From assembly GCF_009914755.1 (NCBI RefSeq), contig NC_060947.1: a stretch of 64,000 nucleotides of DNA; one strand, 5' to 3'. A program made the translations under genes and the position numbers. Below the pieces are notes generated by a model. The model saw only the letters and a program-made list of their open reading frames with translations, was not told the DNA's origin and ran no database searches. This DNA comes from the human T2T-CHM13v2.0 reference genome, Homo sapiens. Of the stretch, positions 1-16,672 are shown one piece after another (position 1 is the stretch's first letter; each line of letters opens with the position of its first letter).

Positions 1-479
1 GTTATTGCCAGGTGGTAGTCGTTTTAAAGAACGCAATGTTGCTACTGCTTCCTTGAGGAATTGGGAATCCTTATCTCTGGAAAGGTAAAATCTTGTTGAT
101 AGCCAGGTGGTTCTTGTTTCTTTTGGTTTTTTATCACGCGTTCATATCCAGGGTTTGATCTGCTAGTTAAAACATTACTCTTACCATGACAAATCTTGCT
201 TGTAATCTCAAATTATTCTATCTAACATGCTCGCTGACCTGGTTTGAGAAATTTTCACCTTCTGGCTCATGTTCTGTCCTGGTTTCTGGAGCTCTCTACC
301 AATGGGAGTGGGCTCAAATGAATTTCCAGCAGGAAGGACATCTAAATGTGCATCCCGAGAGGCTGGGTGGGTATAAGCTTAATGTAGTGCAAAAGAAGAC
401 ACACTATATGGAACACAGTTTTCTGCATTTGAAAGCTACCTTAATTTCACACTTGCTGGTCTTTTTTTTTTTTTTTAAT

Positions 480-560
480 GTATTGCCTAAGGACACAAAG
501 ATAGATGGGATTCAAACCTAACTGCTTCACTCCAAATTCCACACTTTTAACCACTCACCT
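480..560 (-). mobile_element. MIR SINE fragment
   Basis: gggattcaaacc...ccacacttttaaccact resembles the reverse complement of the MIR 5' region. Confidence 0.45.
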
Positions 561-819
561 ATAATGCCCCACTTCTCATCCATGGAATTACCACATCACA
601 GTAACTTTTTGCGTTAAAAAAAATTGGACTTCAGTTGGTCTAAGTCTCTTAAACCAAAGTCTTTCTTTGTGTGTACTAATTCTAGGTCCTAGAGGTATCT
701 GGCTCCTAAGCAAGCCCGTTTCAAGGGAGGAAGCTGAGAAAGAGGAGCATCAATTATAACCAAGGCCTATATTCATGTAAGTTTACATTTTTATTATGAT
801 TACATGTTAAATTTTATTC

Positions 820-2022
<1,203 letters not shown>

Positions 2023-3873
2023 TAATAGTGGAATGTTTGGTGATTTCACTCTGCCTCTACTGGCCCAGAGGGGAACAAATTAAACAATGCATTTCTTTCT
2101 GATACTCACTTCATGATAATGAAAATCTTAGCACACCATTTCAAGCACTGGGAAACTGCTAAGTTTGCCCATTATTTGTTCTCCTCCTGTTTCTCTAAAT
2201 CACATTTCTCCATTTTGACTTGGAAAGTTGGGCTTATCCAATAAATAAAACTGGAAGTAAGTGCAGCCCTGATGTGTGGTGCACTTACTTCTACCCATGG
2301 GTGGTGGTTAGGGAACGAGGAGGAAAGAGATATTTAAAGTAAAAGTGGAAGTGCCTACTCTTTTTGGATGAGGGAGCCAGTTAGACTGCACTGTGATGAT
2401 GAGTTATATCTGAATTTATGTTATTGGAGTAGTGAGGGCATCTCATCACAGAATTTAAAGATAATAATAATTATTATGTTTGCAATTCAGGGAGCTATCA
2501 GGAGAGGTCAACAGGCTTATATAACAACCCATGCCTGAGGAAGAGCTGAGGGAAGCTGCTATAGTACCTGTCAAACAACTCTTTTTTTTTTTTCCTCTCT
2601 CTCTGTGTGTGTTGGGGGTGGTGGAGAGAACTTTTATTCTAACCTTGGTAAAGTGGTTACATAATCTAAGATGGGCAAATATAATGCAGGAATGTAGCTG
2701 AAAATAACAGTAAATGAAATAAAATACCTCTGTACAAGTTGAGTACATTTTTTGCATACTGCAATTCTATCTATTACTGGCAATTTAACTACAGTCTTCC
2801 TTTGTCATATTAAGCATCCAGCCTTCCAGCATTAGTCAGGTGAATAACTAACCACCTTTAAATAAATTAATTAATCTCTGCTGCAACTCATTATGGGGCA
2901 TCTTCTTGGAGTTCTTATGTGAGAAACATCCCCATTACAATTCAATGCTTGCAGACCACAGAATCCAATTAAAGACTCAAAGTTGAAGTCTGTCTTTTTC
3001 AGGTGTTTCTCTTCTCATTGGGAATCTCATAGGTATCCTGTTGTACCTCAGTTTGCCTGTCTTAAAGACTGACTGCTTCTCTTATGAGGAAAGGCATCTA
3101 ATGGGCAACTGAATATGTATTTTCCATACACTATTCAGCATATGTTTTATCAGGTAATTCAAAACATACCGTCAAAATTTGATAAAATTCCATTCAGTGA
3201 TGTCCACATGATGTGGCAGCAGACAGAAACTTGATTTTATTTATTTATAAGAGAAACTTTTGATTTTTGCCCTATGCTTTTTGTGTTCAGAGCTTTCCGA
3301 TAGCTGTTTACAACGGAAAGAAATAATGAGGAGCGCCTTTGGACATCAGCATTTTTCAGCATTCAGAGCAATGCTAAGATCTTTTCAATACAGCCCTAAC
3401 AACCAATTGACAGGATATTTCCAGAGCTCAAGAGCTACTCAGTAATTGTTCCTTTGGATTTTTGGCCATAAAAATTTGTGGCGTCTTCAATTTATGTGTC
3501 CTGCATCCAAGAACCTATTCTTTGTGTCCTGGCTGTGGGATTCAGAAGTGAAGAGAGTTATATATTACTTCATTCCTGAACATTTTTGAGCAAAAACAAA
3601 AAACAAAAATATGGTTATGGTATATGGGCAACTAGATTTCAGATATGGGTTGTAGTGAGAAATGGGAGTAGACAATCGTACCTGGTTATCATTTATTTAG
3701 AAAGTGTGGTAGGAAAATTCATTGAAGTATTAAATTGTGCTTTTTTCTCACTATAATTTTGCCTCTTGCGTTCCAAGAATGTTTGCTAGCCAGATCGTTC
3801 CCCTATTTTGGGGGAGATTTATGCCACAGGGCTAAGTACCCCATTGTGCTCCACTTCTCTTTCTCTGGCTGGC

Positions 3874-4147
<274 letters not shown>

Positions 4148-4904
4148 TAAAAGCCACAGCATAGAATGTTAAGGTTGGAGAGACAGTTGTATTTTCTTCC
4201 ACAATTTATTATGAAAAATCTCAAGTATACTGCAGAAGTGAAAGAATTTTGGATTGAATTCTCATTACCCATCATCTAGATTTTGCCATTAACCTTCTAC
4301 TATACTCGCTTTATCACATTCGCTCATCTTTCTATCCACTCGGAGAACTACATATTTTGGAAGCAGATGTTATAACAGCAGAAAGAAAAGAGGGAAACTC
4401 TCCAAGACAGGAAAGGGAATGGTGCTTTGGGGCTTTATGGGTGGCTCATAGTCCTGGCTTTCACAGCGCCTGAGAGGAGGAAAAACCTGCGAGTGGTGTG
4501 GCTAGGAGGTGTGCAAGGGAAATAAGTCCCCAGGCATTGGGGTTTTCAAGTGGGGCAAAGACATGGCAGATCTGCATTCCAGGGACCATGGTGGCTCCAA
4601 TACTAATGGTGGTGAATGTGGATTGAAGACCAGAGGGCCTTTCCTGACCTTGGAGTGCTGCATCACATCCCTGAGGGTGTTTGAGAAACTTTCCAGGAGT
4701 CAGGGAGATAGAAGTCTCTAATGACTGATAGAGTTTTTCTTCAGCCCAGTGCAGTTCATGTCAAATGCAATTCGGTATTAAATGCAACTTTATTTTCGAA
4801 AAACAATGTACTTTTATTTGCCCACCTGGGTTTTTGGAGTCCAATTCACCTGTTATAAATCTACTTGTATATGGAAACTTCATCTAGGGCTGTTTTTCAA
4901 TAAT

Positions 4905-5057
4905 TGGAGGGGTGGGGGAGTGTGGAAGGGATGAGAAATTACTTAATAGGTACAATGTACATTATTTGGGTGATGGTTACACTAAAAGCCCAAACTCCAC
5001 CACTACGCAGTATATTCATATGACAGAATTGCACTTATATCCTTTAAATAAAAAATA
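4905..5057 (+). mobile_element. L1MA 3' terminal fragment
   Basis: gatgagaaattacttaataggtacaatgtacattatttgggtgatggttacactaaaagccc is a typical L1MA 3'UTR end and is followed by an A-rich tail. Confidence 0.8.
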
Positions 5058-5300
5058 GATGATATAGGAAAAAATTTCTTTTTTTTTCTTTTATTATTAT
5101 ACTTTAAGTTTTAGGGTACATGTGCACATTGTGCAGGTTAGTTACATATGTATACATGTGCCATGCTGGTGCGCTGCACCCACTAACTCGTCATCTAGCA
5201 TTAGGTATATCTCCCAATGCTATCCCTCCCCCCTCCCCCCACCACACAACAGTCCCCAGAGTGTGATGTTCCCCTTCCTGTGTCCATGTGATCTCGTTGT

Positions 5301-9120
<3,820 letters not shown>

Positions 9121-9183
9121 TATGATATTAGCTGGTTATTTTGCTCGTTAGTTGATGCAGTTTCTTCCTAGTCTCGATGGTCT

Positions 9184-10196
9184 TTACATTTTGGCATGAT
9201 TTTGCATCGGCTGGTACTGGTTGTTCCTTTCCATGTTTAGCACTTCCTTCAGGAGCTCTTTTAGGGCAGGCCTGGTGGTGACAAAATCTCTCAGCATTTC
9301 CTTGTCTGTAAAGTATTTTATTTCTCCTTCACTTATGAAGCTTAGTTTGGCTGGATATGAAATTCTGGGTTGAAAATTCTTTTCCGTAAGAATGTTGAAT
9401 ATTGGCCCCCACTCTCTTCTGGCTTGTAGGGTTTCTGCCTAGAGATCCGCTGTTAGTCTGATGGGCTTCCCTTTGAGGGTAACCCGACCTTTCTCTGTAG
9501 CTGCCCTTAACATTTTTTCCTTCATTTCAACTTTGGTGAATCTGACAATTATGTGTCTTGGAGTTGCTCTTCTCGAGGAGTATCTTTGTGGCATTCTCTG
9601 TATTTCCTGAATCTGAACGTTGGCCTGCCTTGCTAGATTGGGGAAGTTCTCCTGGATAATATCCTGCAGAGTGTTTTCCAACTTGGTTCCATTCTCCCTA
9701 TCACTTTCAGGTACACCAATCAGACGTAGATTTGGTCTTTTCACATAGTCCCATATTTCTTGGAGGCTTTGCTCATTTCTTTTTATTCTTTTTTCTCTAA
9801 AGTTCCCTTCTCGCTTCATTTCATTCATTTCATCTTCCATCGCTGATACCCTTTCTTCCAGTTGATCGCATCGGCTCCTGAGGCTTCTGCATTCTTCACA
9901 TAGTTCTCGAGCCTTTGTTTTCAGCTCCATCAGCTCCTTTAAGCACTTCTCTCTATTGGTTATTCTAGTTATACATTCTTCTAAATTTTTTTCAAAGTTT
10001 TCAACTTCTTTGCCTTTGGTTTGAATGTCCTCCCGTAGCTCAGAGTAATTTGATCGTCTGAAGCCTTCTTCTCTCAGCTCGTCAAAGTCATTCTCCGTCC
10101 AGCTTTGTTCCGTTGCTGGTGAGGAACTGCATTCCTTTGGAGGAGGAGAGGCGCTCTGCTTTTTAGTTTCCAGTTTTTCTGTTGTTTTTTCCCCAT
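9184..10196 (-). pseudogene. ORF1: L1 ORF1p (RNA-binding), disrupted
   Basis: ATG at 10196; two 2-bp deletions near the start; premature TAG at 9439; ORF 9439-9930 matches ORF1p (EIWDYVKRPNLRLIGVPE). Confidence 0.93.
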
Positions 10197-11102
10197 CTTT
10201 GTGGTTTTATTTACTTTTTGTCTTTGATGATGGTGATGTACAGATGGGTTTTTGGTGTGGATGTCCTTTCTGTTTGTTAGTTTTCCTTCTAACAGACAGG
10301 ACCCTCAGCTGTAGGGCTGTTGGAGTACCCTGCCGTGTGAGGTGTCAGTGTGCCCCTGTTAGGGGGTGCCTCCCAGTTAGGCTGCTCAGGGGTCAGGGGT
10401 CAGGCACCCACTTGAGGAGGCAGTCTGCCCCTTCTCAGATCTCCAGCTGCGTACTGGGAGAACCACTGCTCTCTTCAAAGCTGTCAGACAGGGACATTTA
10501 AGTCTGCAGAGGTTACTGCTGTCTTTTTGTTTGTCTGTGCCCTGCCCCCAGAGATGGAGCCTACAGAGGCAGGCAGGCCTCCTTGAGCTGTGGTGGGCTC
10601 CACCCAGTTTGAGCTTCCCGGCTGCTTTGTTTACCTCAGCAAGCCTAGGCAATGGCGGGTGCCCCTCCCCCAGCCTCGCTGCCGCCTTGCAGTTTGATCT
10701 CAGACTGCTGTGCTAGCAATCAGCGAGACTCCGTGGGCGTAGGACCCTCCGAGCCAGGTGCGGGATGTAATCTCGTGGTGGGCCGTTTTTTAAGCCCGTC
10801 GGAAAAGCGCAGTATTCGGGTGGGAGTGACCCGATTTTCCAGGTGCCGTCCGTCACCCCTTTCTTTGACTAGGAAAGGGAACTCCCTGACCCCTTGCGCT
10901 TCCCTAGTGAGGCAATGCCTCGCCATGCTTCGGCTTGCGCACGGTGCGCGCACCCACTGACCTGCGCCCACTGTCTGGTACTCCCTAGTGAGATGAACCC
11001 GGTACCTCAGATGGAAATGCAGAAATCACCTGTCTTCTGCGACGCTCACACTGGGAGCTGTAGACCGGAGCTGTTCCTATTCGGCCATCTTGGCTCCTCC
11101 CC
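10197..11102 (-). promoter_or_regulatory. L1 5'UTR with internal sense promoter (YY1 site) and antisense promoter
   Basis: CpG-rich; intact YY1 motif cggccatcttg at 11082-11092. Confidence 0.85.
10652..10960 (+). CDS. ORF0: L1 antisense ORF0, open, 102 aa (C-terminally extended form)
   Basis: MAGAPPPASLPPCSLISDCCASNQRDSVGVGPSEPG matches primate L1 ORF0; good Kozak context gcaATGg; expression not shown. Confidence 0.7.
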   Translation: MAGAPPPASLPPCSLISDCCASNQRDSVGVGPSEPGAGCNLVVGRFLSPSEKRSIRVGVTRFSRCRPSPLSLTRKGNSLTPCASLVRQCLAMLRLAHGARTH

Positions 11103-12269
11103 AGGAAAAAATTTCTTAAAGTTGTTTTCTCCACTTTTCTGGTAAGTAGTGGTTCAAATGTCTTAAGAATTGAGGGAAGTGTCTTTGAGGATATTGCCTG
11201 CTTCTGCTTGCTTGATTGAGAGCTACAGTCGCTTAAATTCAGTCCCTACTTTAATGTTACCTTTGTAACCAGGGCAATTATTTTTTTCATTATCTACCTG
11301 CAACCTCATGCTTCAGGGAGATGAGGAGGTATAATTCAAAGTGTAGCTGTGGGAGGGGTACATCAAAGCAAAAACCAATAATGAGCATTGATTAGTTTCC
11401 TGATTTCCACTGGATAAATTATGTCAAATGTTTCTTCTCAAAGAATAGAAAATTATATCAATTTTCGCTCTTTTGTCCCAATTTCCTGTCTATGAAGAAA
11501 TTCCATTCAAAGAAACTGTCCCTTTAAAATAAGGCATTTGTAGGCTCTGTTTTGTCCTCACCCCCAAATACGTGTTTGACTGCAAGATGTGATATGGAGG
11601 CTGTTTGGATTAATGGATCTTTTCACATCCAGGGATGCTATTTGAATCATACTGTTACAAAGCCAGAGGAGATAAAGTCTTTGGTGGCTCAACTAAGCAC
11701 CTCTGGTCTGTGTTCTATAATAAATCACACATTGGGGGGCCTGATGCTTTAGCTCGAGGCCCTAGATTCGATCTGTGCTTGTTTCCTGTTTCCTTTCCCA
11801 GCCTTTGTTTTTCCATAAAGGGATAGTGTCAGCTTAAGAAGCAGCTCCACCATTGGCTTATGTGGGGCTGCTCTGTTATGTGTGAGCAGATTTTTGAGCT
11901 GTATTTTAGAAGGGTTGGGCTAGGAGCTACAGAGACCTTGAGATTGAACTCAGCCCCACCAGCCACAGTGACAGGAGCAGTGAGGCTGGAGCAAGTTGAC
12001 TACTACTTTAGATGTTATCCTGTAGCCTGTACAGGGGTGAGCCTTCCAGCCATGAAGTATTCCCTGCTCTCTGGACTTTGGGTTTTAGAATATAGCCATA
12101 TGCAAGAACTGTATACTGCCAGACAAATACAGAAGCAGGTTAAATTAAAGGGAGATGAGCAAGGCTGGGGTATTATAAAATAGAGAGGATTGGCAGAGAA
12201 CTTCATCTAGAAAGTGCCCTCTCCTCTTTAAGTTGCCCTCTGGTCAGGTCCATGCCTTTGTGTGCATCA

Positions 12270-12335
12270 TGAGTTGGCAAAGGGCCCACCATAGTGCCTG
12301 GCACATCGCAAACCCTCAATAAATGTTTGAATGAA
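12270..12335 (+). mobile_element. L2 3' end fragment
   Basis: catagtgcctggcacatcgcaaaccctcaataaatgtttgaatgaa. Confidence 0.7.
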
Positions 12336-13149
12336 GACCCAACACCCAAACAAAGACAAGACACCCAAGACCTGTCTCTAGTTAGAGACCTCATATTTTT
12401 ATTCCTTTTTTGTTTGGCTAGACTTCTTAAGAATGTCTAGAGAATTATGCTTTGTTTCAACCATTTTTCTTTGAGCATGTTAGGCAAAAGTCAGTTAGGT
12501 TAACCCATCACATATGTGCTGGTTTCTGCTTGGTGAGTCAACTGAAATGTTCAAGGAGCTTCTTACAATGCTTCAGACCCAGGAAATGTTACCGACTACT
12601 CTGGAACCCTGAGTAGCAGGCAGAATGAGTTTAAGCAGTCAGAGACCCCTGTCATATTAGTGGTTGATTTAATGCTACCAGAATGGTCAAGATGCAGTAT
12701 GGCTAATTTTTTGAGTCTCAGCCTAGGAAATGGTAGACAGGTAGAGGTGGAGGGTTGGAGAAGAATGGAATAGAGGACTATGGCATCTTAAAACTTTTGT
12801 GATTGACATAAATGATTATTGGTTAAAAATATAAATGTGTTAGCTGAGTTGAATTTAGATTCCTAGAGGGGGCCAAGAAAGGGTCTGTTTCATTGGTCAC
12901 ATGATCCATCATGATTGTTGAGCAGCTACCATCCTAGATACCCACCACTGTGTAATGTTCTTCCACATTTAGAGAAGAATATGAGGTGTTGCCTTCAAGG
13001 AGACAAAAGTGTGTTTTGTCTTACCAACCAGAATCGCAAAGTGTCATTTCGTTGTTGGCAGTAGAGGAAGATAATATGGAGGTATACTATGGCAAATGCC
13101 TTGGCACTTATCAATTCTGTACATGTTCTTCCGACTTTCGGCTGCCACC

Positions 13150-13820
<671 letters not shown>

Positions 13821-13827
13821 ACTGAGA

Positions 13828-13857
13828 TGTGTGTGTGTGTACACACATATGTAATTT

Positions 13858-13890
<33 letters not shown>
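13828..13890. repeat. (TG)n / (CA)n microsatellites
   Basis: A short TG run followed by about (AC)15. Confidence 0.9.
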
Positions 13891-13893
<3 letters not shown>

Positions 13894-14712
13894 CATGCAC
13901 CACATAGTGATGTTTTGGACAACAATGAACTACATATATAATAGTGGTCCCATAAGATATAAAGAAGATGAAAAATTATTATTGCTTAGTGACATCTTGA
14001 TTATCATGACCCTGTATAGGGCTAGCCTAATGTGTGTGTTTTTGTCTTAGTTTTTATAAAAATGTTTCAAAAGATTTTTTAAATATTAAACCTTATAGAA
14101 TAAAGCTATAAAGAAGATACTTTTGTACAGCTGTACAATGTATGTTTGAAGTGAAGTATTATTACAAGACTCAAAAAGTTAAAAAAGTTTATAAAGTAAA
14201 AAATTACAGTAAGCTAAGGTTAATTTATTATTGAAAAAAGAAAAATATGTTTTATAAATTTAGTGTAGCCTAAGCATATAGTATCTATAAAGTCTATAGT
14301 AGTGGACAGTAATGTCCTAGGCCTTCACACTCACTCACCTGTCTGACTCCCCCAGAGTAACTTCCAGTCCTACAAGCTCCATTCATGGTGAATGCCCTAT
14401 ATAGGTGTGCCATTTTTTATCTTTAATAGCATATTTTTACTGTACTTTTTTCATGTTTAGATGTGTTTAGACACATAAATGCTTACCATTGTGTCACAAT
14501 TGCCTACTGTATTCAGCACAGTAACATGCTGTACAGGTTTGTAGCCTAGAAGCAATAGGCCATACCATATAGCCTAGGTGTACAGCAGGCTCCTTTACTA
14601 TCTGGAGCCTACTATACACCTAGGTTATACTCTGTGATATTTGCATAACAACAAAATCACCTAACAATGCATTTCTCAGAATGTATCCTTGTCGTTAAGT
14701 GATATATGACTA
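13890..14712 (+). mobile_element. Tigger3-family (Tigger3b-like) DNA transposon
   Basis: Termini cagtcatgcaccacata... and ...gtcgttaagtgatatatgacta form degenerate TIRs; internal sequence typical of Tigger3/MER7. Confidence 0.85.
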
Positions 14713-15509
14713 TATTTGTGTATATATGTATATATATGTAAATACAGTTAAGTAAATGTGTTTTTGCCACTTATTTAAAAAATAAAAATAGGTGTTGAAG
14801 ATCTCATGCCAGCACCTATAGATTTATCTTATTATTTTTAGTAATTCACAGTATGGCTACATCCTGTGTAACCATAGCATTTCACAGTATGGATGCATCC
14901 TATTTTATTAACCATTTCTCAATTGAAGAAAATTTAGTTTTATTTTTCTAGGTTTTTTTCCCTTCTCATTAACGATGAAGCACCAAACTCCTGTTAAGAC
15001 TCAATTTGCATTGTGTCTATTATGATGCTAGTACAAAAACAAAACAAAACCACCCCAAACTGAATAAATCCTTCTGGAAGTATATAATAATAAATTTTAG
15101 CACATGTGCTTGAGGATCAGGAATGGTTATGGGGATAGTAGAATCATTTGCTAGGGGTGACAGTGGTATCTGCATAACTTATTCCTCTGGGTCCCATGGG
15201 AAGACTCCTTTGTTCACTGGGTACCTGTGAGTTCCAAATTCAAGTTCTGAAGGGAAGGGAAAGGTCAACTGTAATTACTTTGGGGATCTAGTAAAGCCAA
15301 AAGGCATGGGGTAGGGATTAGGAAACCTGCAAACAGGGTGGCCACTTCATGTTTTGGCAGAGCCGGTGGAGATGAGGTTATGTGGGCTTCTCTGTCTTAT
15401 CTTTGAAATTCTCCATCTTTGAAAATCTTTGAATTTAAGAGCACCAGATTTGTTTTTTGCCCTTGCTTCACTAGCTAATTGGAAGGGCCCTTAAAGTGAT
15501 CACGTGGAG

Positions 15510-15585
15510 CTACCTTCCCATTTAACATAAGTGGAAACTGAGGCCCAAAGCAATTATGTGATGCCCAAGGTCACATGGTGAGATG
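15510..15585 (-). mobile_element. MIR core fragment
   Basis: cccattt...gaaactgaggccca...cccaaggtcaca. Confidence 0.7.
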
Positions 15586-15950
15586 ATATGTTATATTTAG
15601 TTGGGGACATTTATAATCAGGAATGTTCTTAGACTGTATTGAATTGAAGGCATCTTGGCCACCTATGGGAAGATGATTCCAGATGTAAGCTCTGATAAAC
15701 ATTGAAATGGAGTCATCTTCCCTGGAGATTTAAAAAGGAAGAAGATACCACAATGAAATGTTCTATGTGTTTTAGATGCTTTTCCTAGAAACAAGGGGTT
15801 AGACTAGATCAATTAATAGATGTTTCTCAAACATCTGCTACAGGCAGAGGGTGCAGAGGAGGTCACACATGGTCTTTGCTCTCCCAAAACTTATGGTCTA
15901 CTTGGTAGCACAAAGTGTTGTCACCAAATGACTCCTCAGAAGGCTGCAAG

Positions 15951-16222
15951 CAGAGCCAACTTGTTCACTAGGCAAAACAGACACTGTGACTGGGGCTCGT
16001 TATACTTTCAGGAGCCCATGAAAATGGTTTAATTACTTTTAAAATCAGAAAAACAGTGAACTTTTAAGTCAAGGAATATGTTTAAATAAGTACTATTCCA
16101 ATATTTATCTTTATAACAATGGAATCATACATACATAAAATATAGTTTTAAATATTTTTGTATAGAGAAAGGGGCCCAAGAAGGCAAGTGTCTAGAGCCA
16201 CAGATGTCGAAATGTGGCCCTG
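15951..16222 (+). mobile_element. ORSL-like non-autonomous hAT DNA transposon
   Basis: Termini cagagcc...ggccctg; about 270 bp; 8-bp TSD gctgcaag / gctccaag (7 of 8 match). Confidence 0.75.
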
Positions 16223-16254
16223 GCTCCAAGTGGTAAATCCCAAGTGAGGATTAG

Positions 16255-16672
16255 TTTATTAGTTTGCTGTGGCTGCCATAACAAAGTACCACAAACTGGA
16301 TACCTTAAGCAACAGAAATGCATTGTCTCACAGTTCTGGTGACTGGAAGTCTAGGATCAAGATGTCAGCATGATTGATTGCTCCTAAAGGCTGTGAGGGA
16401 AAGATCTGTGCAAGCCTCTCTTCTTGGCTTAGAGATGGCTGTCTTCTTCTTGTCTCTTCACATAGTCTTTCCTCTATGCATATCTCTTCTTTCACATGGC
16501 ATTCTCTTTAAGGACATCAGTCATATTAGATTGAGGCCCACCCTAATGACCTCATCTTAACTAATTACATCTGCAACTACCCTGTTTCCAAATGAAGTCA
16601 CATTCTGAGGTACTGAGGTTTAGGATTTCAACATATGAATCTAGGGGAGGAGAATGCAAGTCAACCCATAAC
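16255..16672 (-). mobile_element. MLT1B-like MaLR solo LTR
   Basis: ggctgccataacaaagtaccacaaactgg...cccaccctaatgacctcatcttaact...caacccataaca. Confidence 0.85.

Noticed and set aside
5-115. Two gccaggtggt motifs as CTCF sites
   Set aside because: Only partial matches; cannot be separated from chance E-boxes
186-521. 111-aa ORF
   Set aside because: No recognisable domain; it runs through a poly-T tract into MIR-like sequence, so it is probably a chance ORF
5222-5245. C-rich tract (G-quadruplex on the minus strand)
   Set aside because: Known conserved feature of the L1PA 3'UTR
10600-11100. CpG-rich island as a host gene promoter
   Set aside because: Fully explained by the L1 5'UTR
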